Shown here piece after piece: positions 14,271-26,779 of a stretch of 64,000 bases of DNA. Source of the stretch: Camelus ferus (taxonomy: Eukaryota); contig NC_045698.1 of assembly GCF_009834535.1 (NCBI RefSeq), positions 5,210,001-5,274,000 on the forward strand, read 5' to 3'. The translations under genes were made by a program, and so were the position numbers. The notes under the pieces are model-generated. The model was not told the origin of the DNA. It ran no database searches and saw nothing but the letters and a program-made list of their open reading frames with translations. How positions within the stretch are numbered: the first letter of the stretch is position 1; every line of letters begins with the position of its first letter.

Positions 14271-14740
14271 GGTGGTCCAGCACCAACTTCCTGCTCACTG
14301 TCACGCTGTCTTCTAACTCTGGTTCTTGTGGAGAGAAAATAAACTAATCATTGTACTGTTTTCTAAACACTCACCTTATACTGTAGCAGCAGTAGGATGG
14401 AGAAATGCACGTAAAGGCCCTACCCGGAGTGATGAAACGCAGACCTCACTAAGGAAGGAAAATACTGGACTCGATTCTCTATTGGACAAGAATAAGCTGG
14501 CCCCCAAATCTAACCGCCTTGGTGTAGTTTTTTCCTGTCTCAAGACTGATAAATATGATTATGACTCTATTTGGAAGGAAAGTAACGCATTCATTTTATT
14601 TATCTCATTTTCTTTTTTTGTTTGTGGCAGACCCGTGAACTTGGACTCATTCATGAACAGTTGATAGAGGCAGTTTAGGGTTTGAGAGAAAAATTCATGT
14701 AATTATTGATGTGGAAATTTAAACTGGAAATGTAACTTTT

Positions 14741-14896
14741 TTTTTAATGTTTGGGTTTTTAAAAATTTTTTTAAAAGTTTTGGGGGGCAGGTATTTAGGT
14801 TTAGCTTATTTATTTTTAGAGGAGGTACTGGGGGTTGAACCCAGGACCTTGTGTATGCTGAGCATGCACTCTACTACTTGAGCTATACCTTCCTCC
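14741..14896 (-). mobile_element. tRNA-Ala-derived camelid SINE (vic-1-like)
   Basis: Reverse complement GGAGGAAGGTATAGCTCAAGTAGTAGAGTGCATGCTCAGCATACACAAGGTCCTGGGTTCAACCCCCAGTACCTCC with A and B boxes, then an A-rich tail; TSD tggaaatgtaacttt (14725) / tggaaatgcagtttt (14898). Confidence 0.88.
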
Positions 14897-15496
14897 TTGG
14901 AAATGCAGTTTTAAAAAGCAACCAGTGTTCAGATCTCCGAGGACTTTGCAAGCCTGCCCGTTTTTTCAGCTTCTCTATTACTCATCTTTACTTTTCCTCT
15001 ATGTCTTCCTTCCCAGGGTCTCCTCTGTGCAGGCTTATGTCTGTACCAGGCAACTCTAGAGTCTAAGTCAACTCGTGAGTTCTGACAAATGTGACAGAAG
15101 GAAAATGTACAGTTAATTAAATTTCATCACGTTTGCTACAGGGCTTCGATTCAGCAGAGGGAGACGATTTAATCTAATAAGCAGCTGACAGGGGCCTTTG
15201 AGTGCCGTGCTTCCCGGGGGGTGTGTTCAGGTAGCTAACTGGATGTCTCTCATTTGCCCAGATGTGTCCGTGATAATCTAGATGAACAACTGTCAGAGAA
15301 GGGCCTGCAGCCAGGAGGCTTTGTAAGTCCACAGACGATGGTAGATGGTCTGTTGTCACACCACGCATGTGAATGCAGGGCCATCCTGAAATGATGGCCA
15401 TGGACCAGTGGTGATAATATGAACTGAGCTTGATGGGCATGGGAATCTGTACCTAAGTCTATGTCCATATCCATGTTCATATGTACCTCTATTTAT

Positions 15497-15633
15497 CTAC
15501 AGAGAGAGATGACAGCTAGATAGCGTGATACAGATACAGATAGGTAGGTAGGTAGGTAAATGTCAGATGGATAGGTAGGATAGATGTCAGACGGATAGAT
15601 AATTAATAGCTAGAGACAGAGATAGACAGAGAT
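15497..15633. repeat. Degenerate (GATA)/(GGTA)/(GACA) tetranucleotide repeat
   Basis: gatacagatacagataggtaggtaggtaggta...gataggtaggatagat. Confidence 0.8.
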
Positions 15634-15639
15634 CATTTA

Positions 15640-15760
15640 ATCCCCAGGTGATTTACCAGTGAAGAATCTGAGGCTCAGGTTTGAGGAAACTGCAAAGAAT
15701 TATACAATCAATGGTAAGTGAAGTCAGAATCTAGACCTGCTGCCAAGGCGTAGCACCCTT
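15640..15760 (-). mobile_element. MIR fragment
   Basis: tttaccagtgaagaatctgaggctcagg...ggtaagtgaagtcagaatctagacc. Confidence 0.55.
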
Positions 15761-16549
15761 TCAGCCTCAAGACATCACTCCCATGACTCAGCGTCATCTC
15801 ATCCCTTGAGACTCAACTCACCTGCTCTGGGAAGTCTCAGCTCACCCTTCTTCCTGCCCAGATCAGGGTCGCTCCTCCCGCTGATTGCCAGTAACTGGCC
15901 TGTAACTTGTCCTTGACAGCACTGGGCAGTATCCTGAGTCTGACTTCTTTATTTGGCTTCTTCTCTACTAGGTTGGAAGGTACTTAACTGACACATTGCT
16001 GTTTTCTTTTTTTAATTTAAGAATTTTAGTCTCAATTTTACTTTCCTTTAAGTCAAAAGCATTGAATTTATTATAACTGTGATGTACATGGAAAAAAAAA
16101 AAGTCAAAGCACAGGAAGAAGTGAAGCCTCCCTTCCCCCAGTCCAGCCGCCTTCACCGCATTCCCACCACACGCGGGTCCCCGCACCTCCCAGGGGGCGG
16201 GTGGGCTTCAGCTCAGAACTCCCAGAGTCTCATGTGTGGCCTGGTACCTGGAACATAGTAGCTGACAAAAACCTTCCTGGATGACTTTGTGGATGAGGCT
16301 TCTCCTCTTAAAATTAAGAACAGAAATGGTATCAATATTTAGAATGACAGTAATTTAAAAATATGATTCCATTATATGTTATGGATAAGTAAGGGGGAGA
16401 TATGGAGAAGAGAGAGCAAATCAAAGGGAATATAAATGCAGGCACACAGAGGAGGATATAAAACCATTTAGAGGAAGGATCAGTTAGGGGCTGAGCTGCC
16501 AGGAGTCTAGAACTACTGTACTCCTCCCACCTTGCCGAATTACTGTGGC

Positions 16550-17003
16550 GATACTAGTCAATGCAATTAGACAAGAAAAAGAGAAAAAAGCTGTAAAGAT
16601 TAGAGAAAGAAAAGGAAATTTATTATTCTTATTATATAATCTTTATTATTGTTATTGCAAATAATATGTTGTTACCAGAAAAACCCAAGAGACTAAATAC
16701 AATACAAGAAACTGGTGAAGTTTTCCTTGTTTCAGAAAAAATTTAATAGAAGAAAGTATTCTATTGGAAATATTTTAAAATGTACACTATTCCAGAATAA
16801 AGTAATAATAAAAATAAGAGACATGCAGAAGAAAACTAAAATGCTTTTCTGAGAGATATTTTAAAAATCCAAGTAATCGAGGAGTGGGATGATATCATGA
16901 CATTGGGTGAAAATAGTGAATGTTACAACAAGGTCAGTCCTTACCAAGTTCATTTATAACGTTGACACTCAGGATCCCAGTGAACTTGTTTTTTATATAT
17001 AAT
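16550..17003 (+). mobile_element. Old L1 ORF2 fragment (continues ~17375-17480 and ~17800-18050)
   Basis: actagtcaatgcaattagacaagaaaaag...gcaaataatatg...gaaaaacccaagaga. Confidence 0.65.
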
Positions 17004-17372
17004 TGTGTTAGTCTGCTTGGTTACCATAACAAAATACCATAAACTGTGTGGCTTCAATGGCAGAAATGTATTTTCTCACTGTTCTGGAGGCTGGAAGTTT
17101 GAGGTCTGGGTGCCAGCATGGTCGGGGTTTGGTGGTTCTCATTAAGTCATCATAAGGTCTTTTTGTGGGGGCTGGGAGAGAGGACAGTCAAGACTTCAGG
17201 CATCTCTTACCGCAGGGGCGCTCGTCCCACCAAATGGGGACTCCACCTGCTTGACCTCATCTAATCCTACCCACTTCCCAGAGGCTCCGTCTTCCGGAAC
17301 CGTCACCGTGGGGATTAGGGCCTTACCATAGGAATTAACAGGCGGGTGGACACCAGCATTCAGTCCGTAATA
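17004..17372 (-). mobile_element. MaLR solo LTR (MLT1A-like)
   Basis: tgtgttagtctgcttgg...ataacaaaataccataaactg...ttctggaggctggaag...attcagtccgtaata; 5-bp TSD ataat/gtaat. Confidence 0.9.
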
Positions 17373-17488
17373 GTAATTTGATTAGACAATTATGTATTGA
17401 ATTTGGAAAAATAAAGAAATAATTTCTAATGAAATCTGCCTTACCAGTTACAGGTTTTACAGTCAGTACAAGATCAATGAACTACTAT

Positions 17489-17793
17489 CATGGTTTGCAA
17501 ACATTTTCTGTAAAGGGCCAGGCAGTCCTTTTTTCGGCTTTGTGAGCCAAACTAGCCATCTCTGTTAAGCACAAAAGTGACCAAACAAATGAGCACGCTA
17601 TGCTCCAATAAATCTTCATTTATGTACATTGAAATTTGAAATTTATATAATTTTCATCTGTCATGAAATATACTGCTTGTTTTTTTTCTCCCCCAATCAT
17701 TTAAAAATGTAAAACTCATTCTTACCTCATCAGCTACACAAAAACAAGGTGCAGACCTGATCTGACCTGTGGACCACAGCTTGCCACCCCCTG
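17489..17793. mobile_element. MER58B-like hAT-Charlie DNA transposon
   Basis: catggtttgcaaacattttctgtaaagggccagg...ccaataaa...catttaaaaatgtaaaa...gcttgccacccctg with terminal inverted repeats. Confidence 0.85.
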
Positions 17794-19697
17794 GAATAGA
17801 AAAAAAGAACAAAGAAACAGCTAGTAAGACATGTAAGGAATTAAGATAAGGGGTCTCATAGAGAGAAAGGTATTCAGCAGATAGTGTGAGAAACTGGCTG
17901 CGTGACTGAGGGAAAGAAAGACCTTCACCATCCAGCAACAACCAAAATAAACTCCAAATGAAGAGATAAGTATAAAAAAAAAAATAAGGAAAGCATAGTG
18001 AATATCTAATGTCATAGTAGGAAGTCCTTTCTCAGCCTAAAAGGGACACTTTCTGGGCCCTAAATTCTGCCCTTTTCTTTGGTGTTTCTTCTCAGTTGTC
18101 CCCCAAAGCTGGAGCATCTGAGAAAGGTTCCCGTCTTGTTCCTTGGGGGACTGCCTGCTGGCAGCACTTTGGGATGCTCCAGGCATTTCGTATCACTCAC
18201 ACCGGGAGGAGGCACCATGGAAACCTTTCTTCCCCCAAATACGCTGAAACCATAAAATGAAGTGAAGCAGGAGCCAAGCAAGGTTACATGAGATCTTTCA
18301 TGACTGCCTCCAAAGGCCCCTCGGTCATATGACCATTCCCACCTCACCTGCAGGTATCCGTGTCCGACAGGGTTGGTTCATAGATTGTGTGGCTGACACG
18401 GACGGACCTGGCCCCCTGGGATGCTAAAATCCCAAGTCCAAGTGTTAGTTGGAATCCATCTACTAGAACCAAAAGCAAAGTTGATGAGAGCTGTTGTACA
18501 TGAGATAAAAGGAAATGAGTCATTTTGGGAGTCACTGGACTTCAGCTAGGTGCAGAGGGCAAAAAAGGATAATGATGTAAAAAGAGGTATGAGGAGGCTA
18601 ACTCGGGGGCACTTGCAAAGGATGATAGAAAAGTGTCGATTATTAGTTGACACAGAAAATCGTTAAGTTCTGTCATTTAATTTCCTTGACTCAGAAAATG
18701 ACAGAAGCTGTTCGTGACAGATGTACCAGGGAACAGCATAAAAAGAAGACACGCTGCTGCAAAATTAGATTGCATTTCAACTTTGGCTATCTTTTAAAAA
18801 TTCTGTTTTTAGAAGCAGTTGCCTAGTCATGAAAGTCATTCTAGAATCCGTCGTGCTCCCTTTATTCAAAGGCATAGTTTAAAAATTAGGGATTTTGTGT
18901 TCGTTTGCATTTGGGAAAAATAAATTGTTCACTTGGGATTGTATAAAGGAAGCAAGGTTTTTCTCTCTGAAGATGGTTTAATAGTTTAAGAAAGTGTTGT
19001 CTGCCTTTCATTATCAGAAAAGGTGAAATGCTGTATGAAATGATTTGACAGGGTTGTGGTACAGTTTAATAATGCTCTCAAAAGTAGTGAACGTTGGGTG
19101 TGGACGAAGCCCGCCCACAGGAACCTGCAGTATAAATGTGGTTATGTTTAACATACACGAAAAAGGGTTCAGTGTGTTTTTGCTTCTGGGCATTTAAAAA
19201 GTTGGCTATTAGTTTATCTCAGCTATTTGTGTATTCAGTACTCTTACTTTATTAGGTTTATTGCTATAAACTCTCATTTTTTTTCTATTTTGCCATTGGT
19301 AAGACAAATAACATTCAAACTGAACAAAAGTGGTTATTATTTAAATCTGTGGCCCTTTAAAAATTTTTATAGGTAATTCAGTTCTATTTTGGTTTCATTA
19401 CCATCTTCAGAATTAGAGTAGGGGGTAAGTTTTGGAACGATCGTCTTCCCAGCTTGTGAAGATGCTTGTGCTTCGTGGCCATTTGGATTTCCTCATCTTT
19501 GAAGTAGCTCTTTAAATCTTTTTTCTCTACAGGGTTCTTAGTATTTTTTTCTTTTCAATTTGTAAAAGTTATATTGGTAACAAGAATATTAAACTATTTT
19601 ATTTTTAATGTGTGTTGCAAATATATCCACCCAAGCCTCCTATCACTTGTCTTTGTTTATAGTGGCTTTTACGGTGCAACCTAAAGTTATAAGTCCT

Positions 19698-20082
19698 CCC
19701 TGGAGTATAACGCTTAGTGAAATAAGTAAGACAGAGAGCGACAGGTACTGTATGTCATCACTTAAATGTGGAATCTAAAAGGTAAAACAAACAAATGAAT
19801 ATAACAAAACAGAAACAGACTCACAGATACAGAGAACAAACTGGTTACCTGTGGGGAGAGGGAAGGGGGAGGTTCAAGATAGGGGCAGGGGATTAAGAGA
19901 CACAAACTACTCTGTATAGAAGAAAAGAAGCAACAAGGATAGAGTGGTTAGCAACAAGCAACAAGCATAGAGAATACAGCCAATATTTTACAACTTTAAT
20001 TGGAGTATAATCTCCTAAAATGTTGAGTCACTATGTTGTACACTTAAAACCAATCTAATATAGTAAATCAACTATTAAAAAA
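19698..20082 (+). mobile_element. L1 3' end (artiodactyl/laurasiatherian family)
   Basis: gcttagtgaaataagtaagacagag...atgtggaatctaaaa...cagactcacagatacagagaacaaact...aaatcaactattaaaaaa. Confidence 0.88.
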
Positions 20083-20117
20083 GTTCAAAAATTTCAGTAA
20101 AAAATTTATTTTAGTTT

Positions 20118-20232
20118 AATTTTTTTAAAACATTTTTTATTGAGTTATAGTCATTTTATAATGTTGTGTCAAATTCCAGTGTAGAGCACAATTTTTCAGT
20201 TATACATGAACATATATATATTTACTGCCAAA
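20118..20232 (-). mobile_element. Young camelid-type L1 extreme 3' end (same family as 13808-14062)
   Basis: ttttttattgagttatagtcattttataatgttgtgtcaaattccagtgtagagcacaatttttcagttatacatgaacat. Confidence 0.9.
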
Positions 20233-22399
20233 TTTTTTTAAATTATATCCTTAAACATGGCCCTTTTCCTTTATTTTCACTAGGTTTCAGTCTTGTTTAG
20301 AAAGACTTTCCCCATTCCCAATATTTTATAAGGGGCCTCTTAAATATTTCTTAGTATGTTTTTGCTTTCTAATTCAAATATAATCCATCTGAAAATCATT
20401 TTTAAATATTATGAGAAAAGACTCTGAAAGTGTTTGCTTCCAAATAAAAGTTGGTATCTTTGGACCAATTAAAAATAAGATTCTATAGTAAAATCTGTTT
20501 GTTATTGATAATTGGTAATCTAATGGAAGAATAGGGTCAAATTGAATGTTCCAGTACCTGTATGAAAATAAAGCCTAATTTTATTGAAAGACAGCAAATA
20601 GAATCTGCAGAAATGGTAGAGGATCCTGTGCTCCCAATGAAGACTCAGAGTTCCAGCCGCATCCGTCCTTCCCCCACTTAACATGCAGTTCCAGCCCCGT
20701 ATTCATCTTTCCCTGGAACTGGGGAAGTGAGTTGATAAATTTTAAAGAAAATTTTAAACTCTTGAGAACGCCTTAAAAATTATAAAATAAGTGAGAGAGT
20801 GAGGGAGAATTTGCTCACCTGCTCGTATAACTTTCTGTGAAGTCAGAGCTGGACTTGGGCAGAAACCAACAAACAGATCAGTAATCTGAATAGAGATTCC
20901 ACAAAAAATACAAAATAAAAGGACATCTTGAAGCGGGGCAGTTTGGGAACGAAGGAAATTTAAACAAAACTTCTGGGCTTCATCTGGGACCAGGAGAACA
21001 CGAGAAAATCCTACTTTAATTATGTAGAACACTTTACAGACCCCCACACGAAGCCACCTCTGTGAAATAGAGGATCACATTTTGTTTAGAAAGGTGAATT
21101 TAATGAAAAGGAGAATTCTCCCTGGTAAGTTAGAATTTATCATGTTACGTGAGACAGGACGCAGAGCTTGACGTACTGTTACTCATTTCATACACATTTC
21201 GTTGTTGGATATTGTTGGTGCTAAGCCTTCTATATCTGAGAGACACGCACGGGCTGACTGGGACTCGTTCTGGGCAGGTTTGAGGACCAGCAGCAGCTCT
21301 TGGAAATAAGCATCCTGGCTCATTTGTTACAGCCGAGGGCAGTATTTATCTTGACTCTGCCTGTTACTCATAAAACCGAAGACTTGTTATTCGTACACAG
21401 AAGAGAATCGGTTTCATCAGCGATGTCTGCCTGCTGTTAGAGTAAGGCCGTTCCTTACATGGTGTGCGTTTGTCTCATCTGTGTTTGCTGTGGCACGGCT
21501 GTCTGGTTCCAGAGCGGACTGCGGTTCTGGGAAGGGGCAGTGCTGGGACTGAACTTCATGGACCATGAACCTAATAAACCCAGAGGGGTCATCACGAGCA
21601 AGAGGCAGCACTGGGAGCCTCAAAGCAAAGAGATGCTCTGGGCAGAGAGGTTAAGAGCTTCCTGGTGTCCAGAAACCTGTGATGCCTGCTGTCAGAGAAG
21701 GACTCCCTGGTTTTTATTGCTCTGAAGATGCAAAATTTGCGTGAAAAACCATGAGGTTCATCCGGGAAATATGTGCTTGAGTGTCTAAAACACTTGTTGA
21801 GAGTTATTAGATCCATCTATAAGGCTAGTATTTTTGACATAAAAATGCCAATGTGAGAATTATTCTCTTCAGTAATGTACTGTGACAAATATTCCACAGG
21901 TAGTGCCCTTCCCATCAGCAGTCTTTCCCAAGCACTTTTGAAGTATTACTGAAAGTTACTTTTCATGTGTAGAATTTTCCAGTATCAAGCACTTACGTAT
22001 TCAGCCCAAAGAAGTTTCTTGTTTCATAGCTCAGTGGAAGTTATGTTAGCATAACATGTGACACTAGCTTAGGAGATGGGACTGTGACTCAAGAAAGTAA
22101 ACTTGTCTTTCAGGGGTTTTAATAAAATAAGTTGTTGAGTTGACCTTTGCCGGGATCACCTGCACACAGAGAAGGCGTGGGTTAGTGGACCATGCAGTTG
22201 TGTCTTCTCCACTAACTTTGAGGAGTGTATTCGCTTCTCTCTTCCTCACCAGGACCCTGTGTCACCAAGGAAGGTGAAGTGGAGGAGAGATAAAGGAAGG
22301 ATGGGATGGTTAAAGTTTAAAAAAAATAGCTGTTAAAACTCACTTAAAAAGAGAAGAATGGAATTGTTCTGCTTATGGAATGCTGAGCCAAACGGGTCC

Positions 22400-23150
22400 A
22401 TTCAAGACATCCATTCAACATGTATTGCTCAAATTGTCACAGGCACTTTTCCTAGAAGTTGGGGAAAGCAGACACAGATAATAAAAACCCTGACTTGATG
22501 TGTTCTAGTTGAGGGAAGATGAGACAAACAAGCAAACTCATAAAACTATAATATGGTGATAATTGTATGGAAAAATACAAAGCAGACAAAGAGGCTCTGT
22601 GGCGCTGGGGGACGGAGATCTGGTTTGGAATGAACTGGGCGCAGAAGGCTTCATTGATAACGTGTCATTTGAGTGAGATCAAAGCTGGGGGGACCTGTGG
22701 GTTAAGAAAGTTCTAGGTGCAATGGAAGCCAGTGTGTGGGAGCGGAGCAGAAAGCGGTGGGATTGGACCAGGGGTGTGGGTGGACCACGTACGCTGGGGA
22801 GGCAACGTCAAGGGTGTTGACTTTGGTTCTCAGGTGATTTGAGAAGTCACCAGAGCATCATGGGTAAATGAATGACATGGTCTAACTTTTGTTCAGGCAG
22901 CATTAGTGGCTGCTGTGCTGAGAGGAGACAGGTGGATGGGGGACAGTCTTGAGGCTGGTTTAGAGGCCCATGCAGAGGTGAGGGGGGCAGTGGCTTGGAC
23001 CTGGGCACTAGTGATGGAAGTGGTATAAGGTGGCCAGTGTGGAACACTTGCTGGAAGTTGACCAGCTTAGATAATCCATCAGTCAGATGTGGAGAATAAG
23101 ACAATTCAAGACAGCACGTAGGAATCAAAAGTTTGGGGGAGCATTGGGCC
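22400..23150 (-). mobile_element. L2 LINE fragment
   Basis: ccattcaacatgtattg...caggcac...gaaggcttcattgataa...catttgag...tggctgctgtgctgagagg...ggcttggacctggg. Confidence 0.7.
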
Positions 23151-24498
23151 AAGGATGCCTGGTCAAGCTTTGGACGTAAAGCCAGAGGAGAAACTCAAAT
23201 AGCGTGAGGGAGGGGCCTCGTGGGGGAGGAACCCCGGAGCTTTTCTAGTTTTAAAAACAGGAGTCATTGTCTAGCTTCAACGTCCCAACCTTTCTCTGCG
23301 AGCAGCCAGGAGCTCTTGTGTGGCCCTCCTCACAGCACGTCCCTTCTTTGCACTCTGCAGTCGGTAATGAATTATTGACGTTAATGAGTTTACACACTTG
23401 CTGTCCTTGTCCCCAGGCCGACTGTAAGTCTGCAGGAGGGCATTTGTCTGTCTTGTCCTCAGTAAAATGTTTGATGCATAAATGACCCAGTGAACAAAAC
23501 TTCACCAAGAGGGTGGATTTTCTATATTTGGGAAGCCTTCACTTCAAAGAAACTACTTAAAATTGTTAAAGAAAGAAGCCCAAAGTGCTTATAAAAAGAG
23601 AAGGCCCCTCTGCTCTCTCTCGTGCACGTCGTCGCCAGCCTGATTTCACAGCAGGAAGGCTGTCCTAGGAAGAGTGGCACCTCCAGCCGCTTTCTAAGGA
23701 CAGAATCCAGAGCCTGCATCTGCCCCTGCCCTAACGCTTCCCTTAGCCGATCACTGGGGACATTGGGATACCGTGCTACATTGGCTCACCTTTCCCCCCT
23801 CCCTTTTAATGTGTTTTCTTTGTCCTTCAAGGCAAAGTGGTTTACAAGTGGTAGTGGTTTTGTTCATTATCTCATTATAGTTGTCTCCTGATAATGAGCA
23901 CTCGAACACCTGCTCATGCCCCAGTGCAAGCCCTCAGAAAGAAAGGAGGCGTCAGTGAACACGCAACAGCGCTGTTAGTAAAGAGGGCTGAATATCACCT
24001 TGACTTTTTTTGTTAATTAAGCAGCACATTCCTATTGACCATTGTCGTTGCTAATTTCCAAGCATTTATTATTTTAATATTTACATAGTATTGTTTTAGG
24101 GAGCCATTTCCCATAAATCTTTGTTGATGGTATTTAGGTTACCTCCCTAAATCTCAGACATATTTAGGAACATTAAAGTTGGCTTTTTCCAAATGTACAT
24201 GAGGTATTTTTAGTTCCTGGCTTTGTTAAAAAAAAAATGGTGTGAACCCCCAAGGAAAGAGCAATCTGTTAGTCTCTTTCCTCTCACATTTCTTCTTCTT
24301 GGAGGTGAAAATGCCTCTCTAATGTTCACAAACAAAAGTACAAATGTTTGGCATCTCCTGAGTGCTGGGTGTCTCCAAGTACAGATGACAATTTTTTCAG
24401 AAATATTCTCTCTTTTAAATTGTAAGTGAAAAACATTTGCCATGAGTACTATCTGTGAAGAGTACACATCTCTAACAGTTAGGTGGGCTTGGTTTTGC

Positions 24499-24775
24499 TT
24501 TTTATTTTTAATTTTTTATTGAAATATAATTGATTTACAATATTGTGTTAGTTTCTGGTGTCCTTCATGGTGATTCAGTGTTTTTGTGATTGCAGTCCAC
24601 TATAGGTTATTACAAGATAAGGGATGTAATTCCCTGTCCTATACAGTAAATCCTTTTTGCGTATCTGTTTTATATACAGTAGTTTATGTCTGTTACTCAC
24701 ATACTTCTAATTTGTCCCTCCCCCCTTCCCTCTCCCCTTTGGTAATCCCAAATTTGTTTTCTGTCTGTGAGTCTG
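24499..24775 (-). mobile_element. L1 3' end (artiodactyl family)
   Basis: Poly-T, attgaaatataattgatttacaatattgtgttagtttc...ataggttattacaagata...tctccccttggtaa...tctgtgagtctg. Confidence 0.88.
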
Positions 24776-24858
24776 ACAAACGACTTAATTTTTAAATACT
24801 AGCAAAGTATGTAGACATACCAGAAATTTTACAAGGTGCTGTTTTTAAAATAATTCTT

Positions 24859-25037
24859 ATACAACAAGGTCCTTCTATACAGCACAGGGAACTATATTCA
24901 ATATCTTGTAGTAACCTCTAATGAAAAAGAATCTGAAAAAGAACATGTGTACGTGTATGTATGACTGAAACATTATGCTGTGCACCAGAAATTGACACAA
25001 CATTGTAAACTGACTAGACTTCAACTAAAAAAAATAA
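24859..25037 (+). mobile_element. L1 3' end with poly(A)
   Basis: caacaaggtcc...agcacagggaactatattcaatatcttgtagtaacc...gacacaacattgtaaactgac...aaaaaaaa. Confidence 0.88.
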
Positions 25038-25814
25038 GAGTACTAGTCATTCTTTCTCAGTGTTCTCAGAGTCTGGTGACCACACCCTCTCCAGAGTCCT
25101 TGCTCCTTGCAGAGCAAGATACCTCTGCAAGGGTCCCAGCCCTGCTTGGGAGGCACCCTCTTAGGCAGGCTCAGGGGGTGGGGGTGGAGTTGAACCCTGT
25201 GTCTACCAATGCTGTTGGGCTGGATAGACCCCCTTTGGCATCCATATGGGGAAAATACATATATATATATCTCTGGATGTAGAAAATTCTCAGTAGGTGT
25301 TATTCTGCAGCCACATATTCCTTTACTTATTCCTCAATATATTTATACATAAAATATATATATATAACAGATAATTATAGATTTCCCTTCTCTTCCTTCC
25401 TTCCATGATTGGTAAACTGTATCTCATAGTTCCTTTTGCTGGAAGTAGAAAGTGATTTTTAAAATTTCCATTTCTCTGATAACCTGAGTCACGAAATAAC
25501 AGCCTTGCCAGTGGATACATTCTCCCTCTAATGCAGTGCCCTCCCCTAGGGTTAGCCCGTGCGCTGGGCATCTGGCTCCAAGTCCGTGCTGTTACATAGC
25601 CCCTCGTTCTCTGCCTCACAGCGCGGTGGGTATTTATAGCAGTGATCTGCTTGCCTGAGTGGTCAGTTTACTGAAACTGACCAAAGGAACTATCTTCTAA
25701 CTCCTTGAGAACATGTACATGACAACAGATCTAAAATATTGTCCTAAAATTAATTCTGTGATGTCTGTGTCTGAGGCAGATGAGTGGACTGACCGGGCTG
25801 GCGAGCTCCGTGGT

Positions 25815-26005
25815 CAGACCCTTGGGTTCCCAGGGGATCGGGGTGAGTCACCTCCCCTCTCTCATCCTCACATCTCCATCGATTAAGTGGGGGAGTTAAA
25901 GCTATTACATTCATGAACAACTAGCTTGTACTTGGAGCAGTGCCCGCCCACAGTGGGTGCTGCCGGCGCCGCAGCCGGCATTGCCGCCGCTGCTGGTGGC
26001 GGTGT
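25815..26005 (+). mobile_element. MIR with GC-rich tail
   Basis: cagacccttgggttccc...gggtgagtcacctcccctctc...cctcacatctccatc...gagcagtgcccgcccacagtgggtgct. Confidence 0.6.
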
Positions 26006-26779
26006 TAGCAACTAGTACTCACAGAATTAAGTGTCCCAGACAGGGTACCCTGACGTGAGAGCCTCTGCTGAGGCAATGAATTGGAGTCTTGCTTATTTCT
26101 TTTTTTCAGTCAGTCCTCCTTTTGCTTCAGACAGGCATTAAGAGGGGTTACATGCGCTTAGGGCACCAAGTTACAAGAATGTCCCAAATGCAAGGAAAGT
26201 GAAGTAAAGGAAAAGCAAGTGAGTAGGGAAGCAGCTCTGCGAGTGGGTTTTTGAGCTCCTGTAAGAGACAAGCCCAAAAGACTTGTCTCCAGTCGGAGCC
26301 GTATGGGGAGCCAAATCCAGGAATCTCCATTTATCTTCATCTTTAACTGTCTGAAGGGCAAGGAAACAGTCTCTGGCTTTTGCTGGTTCCTCCCTTCCTC
26401 TGTCAATTGCTATTTCTGGTGTCCCCTTGAAGGCACAGAGAAGGCGGCAGGGGCCAGGGTGAGGCTGGGGCTGAGGTTTGGGCTGGATTCAAAGCAAACG
26501 TTCAGGCAGCTTCTGGGGACACTGCACAGAGCCCTCTTTGAGAAGCTGGTGCGCTCGGGCTGCGGCCCTGGAGGCCCCTTAGCGACGGCAAGGCTTCAAA
26601 GCTGTGGTGAGGAGCTCACAGACCATCAGGGGTCCCAGTCCTGGTCCCTGCTGCCTCCTACACTCACCCACTCACCCCTCCCAGGTCGAAACTTGTTTTC
26701 CCTCAGGAGCAGTGGAGCAGGAATGAAATACGCAATAGAAACATGGAGCTGGGATAAACCATCCATCCATCCGTTCAGT

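Noticed and set aside
14816..14896. tRNA-Ala-like gene on the minus strand
   Set aside because: Substituted stems, SINE tail and TSD show it is a SINE head
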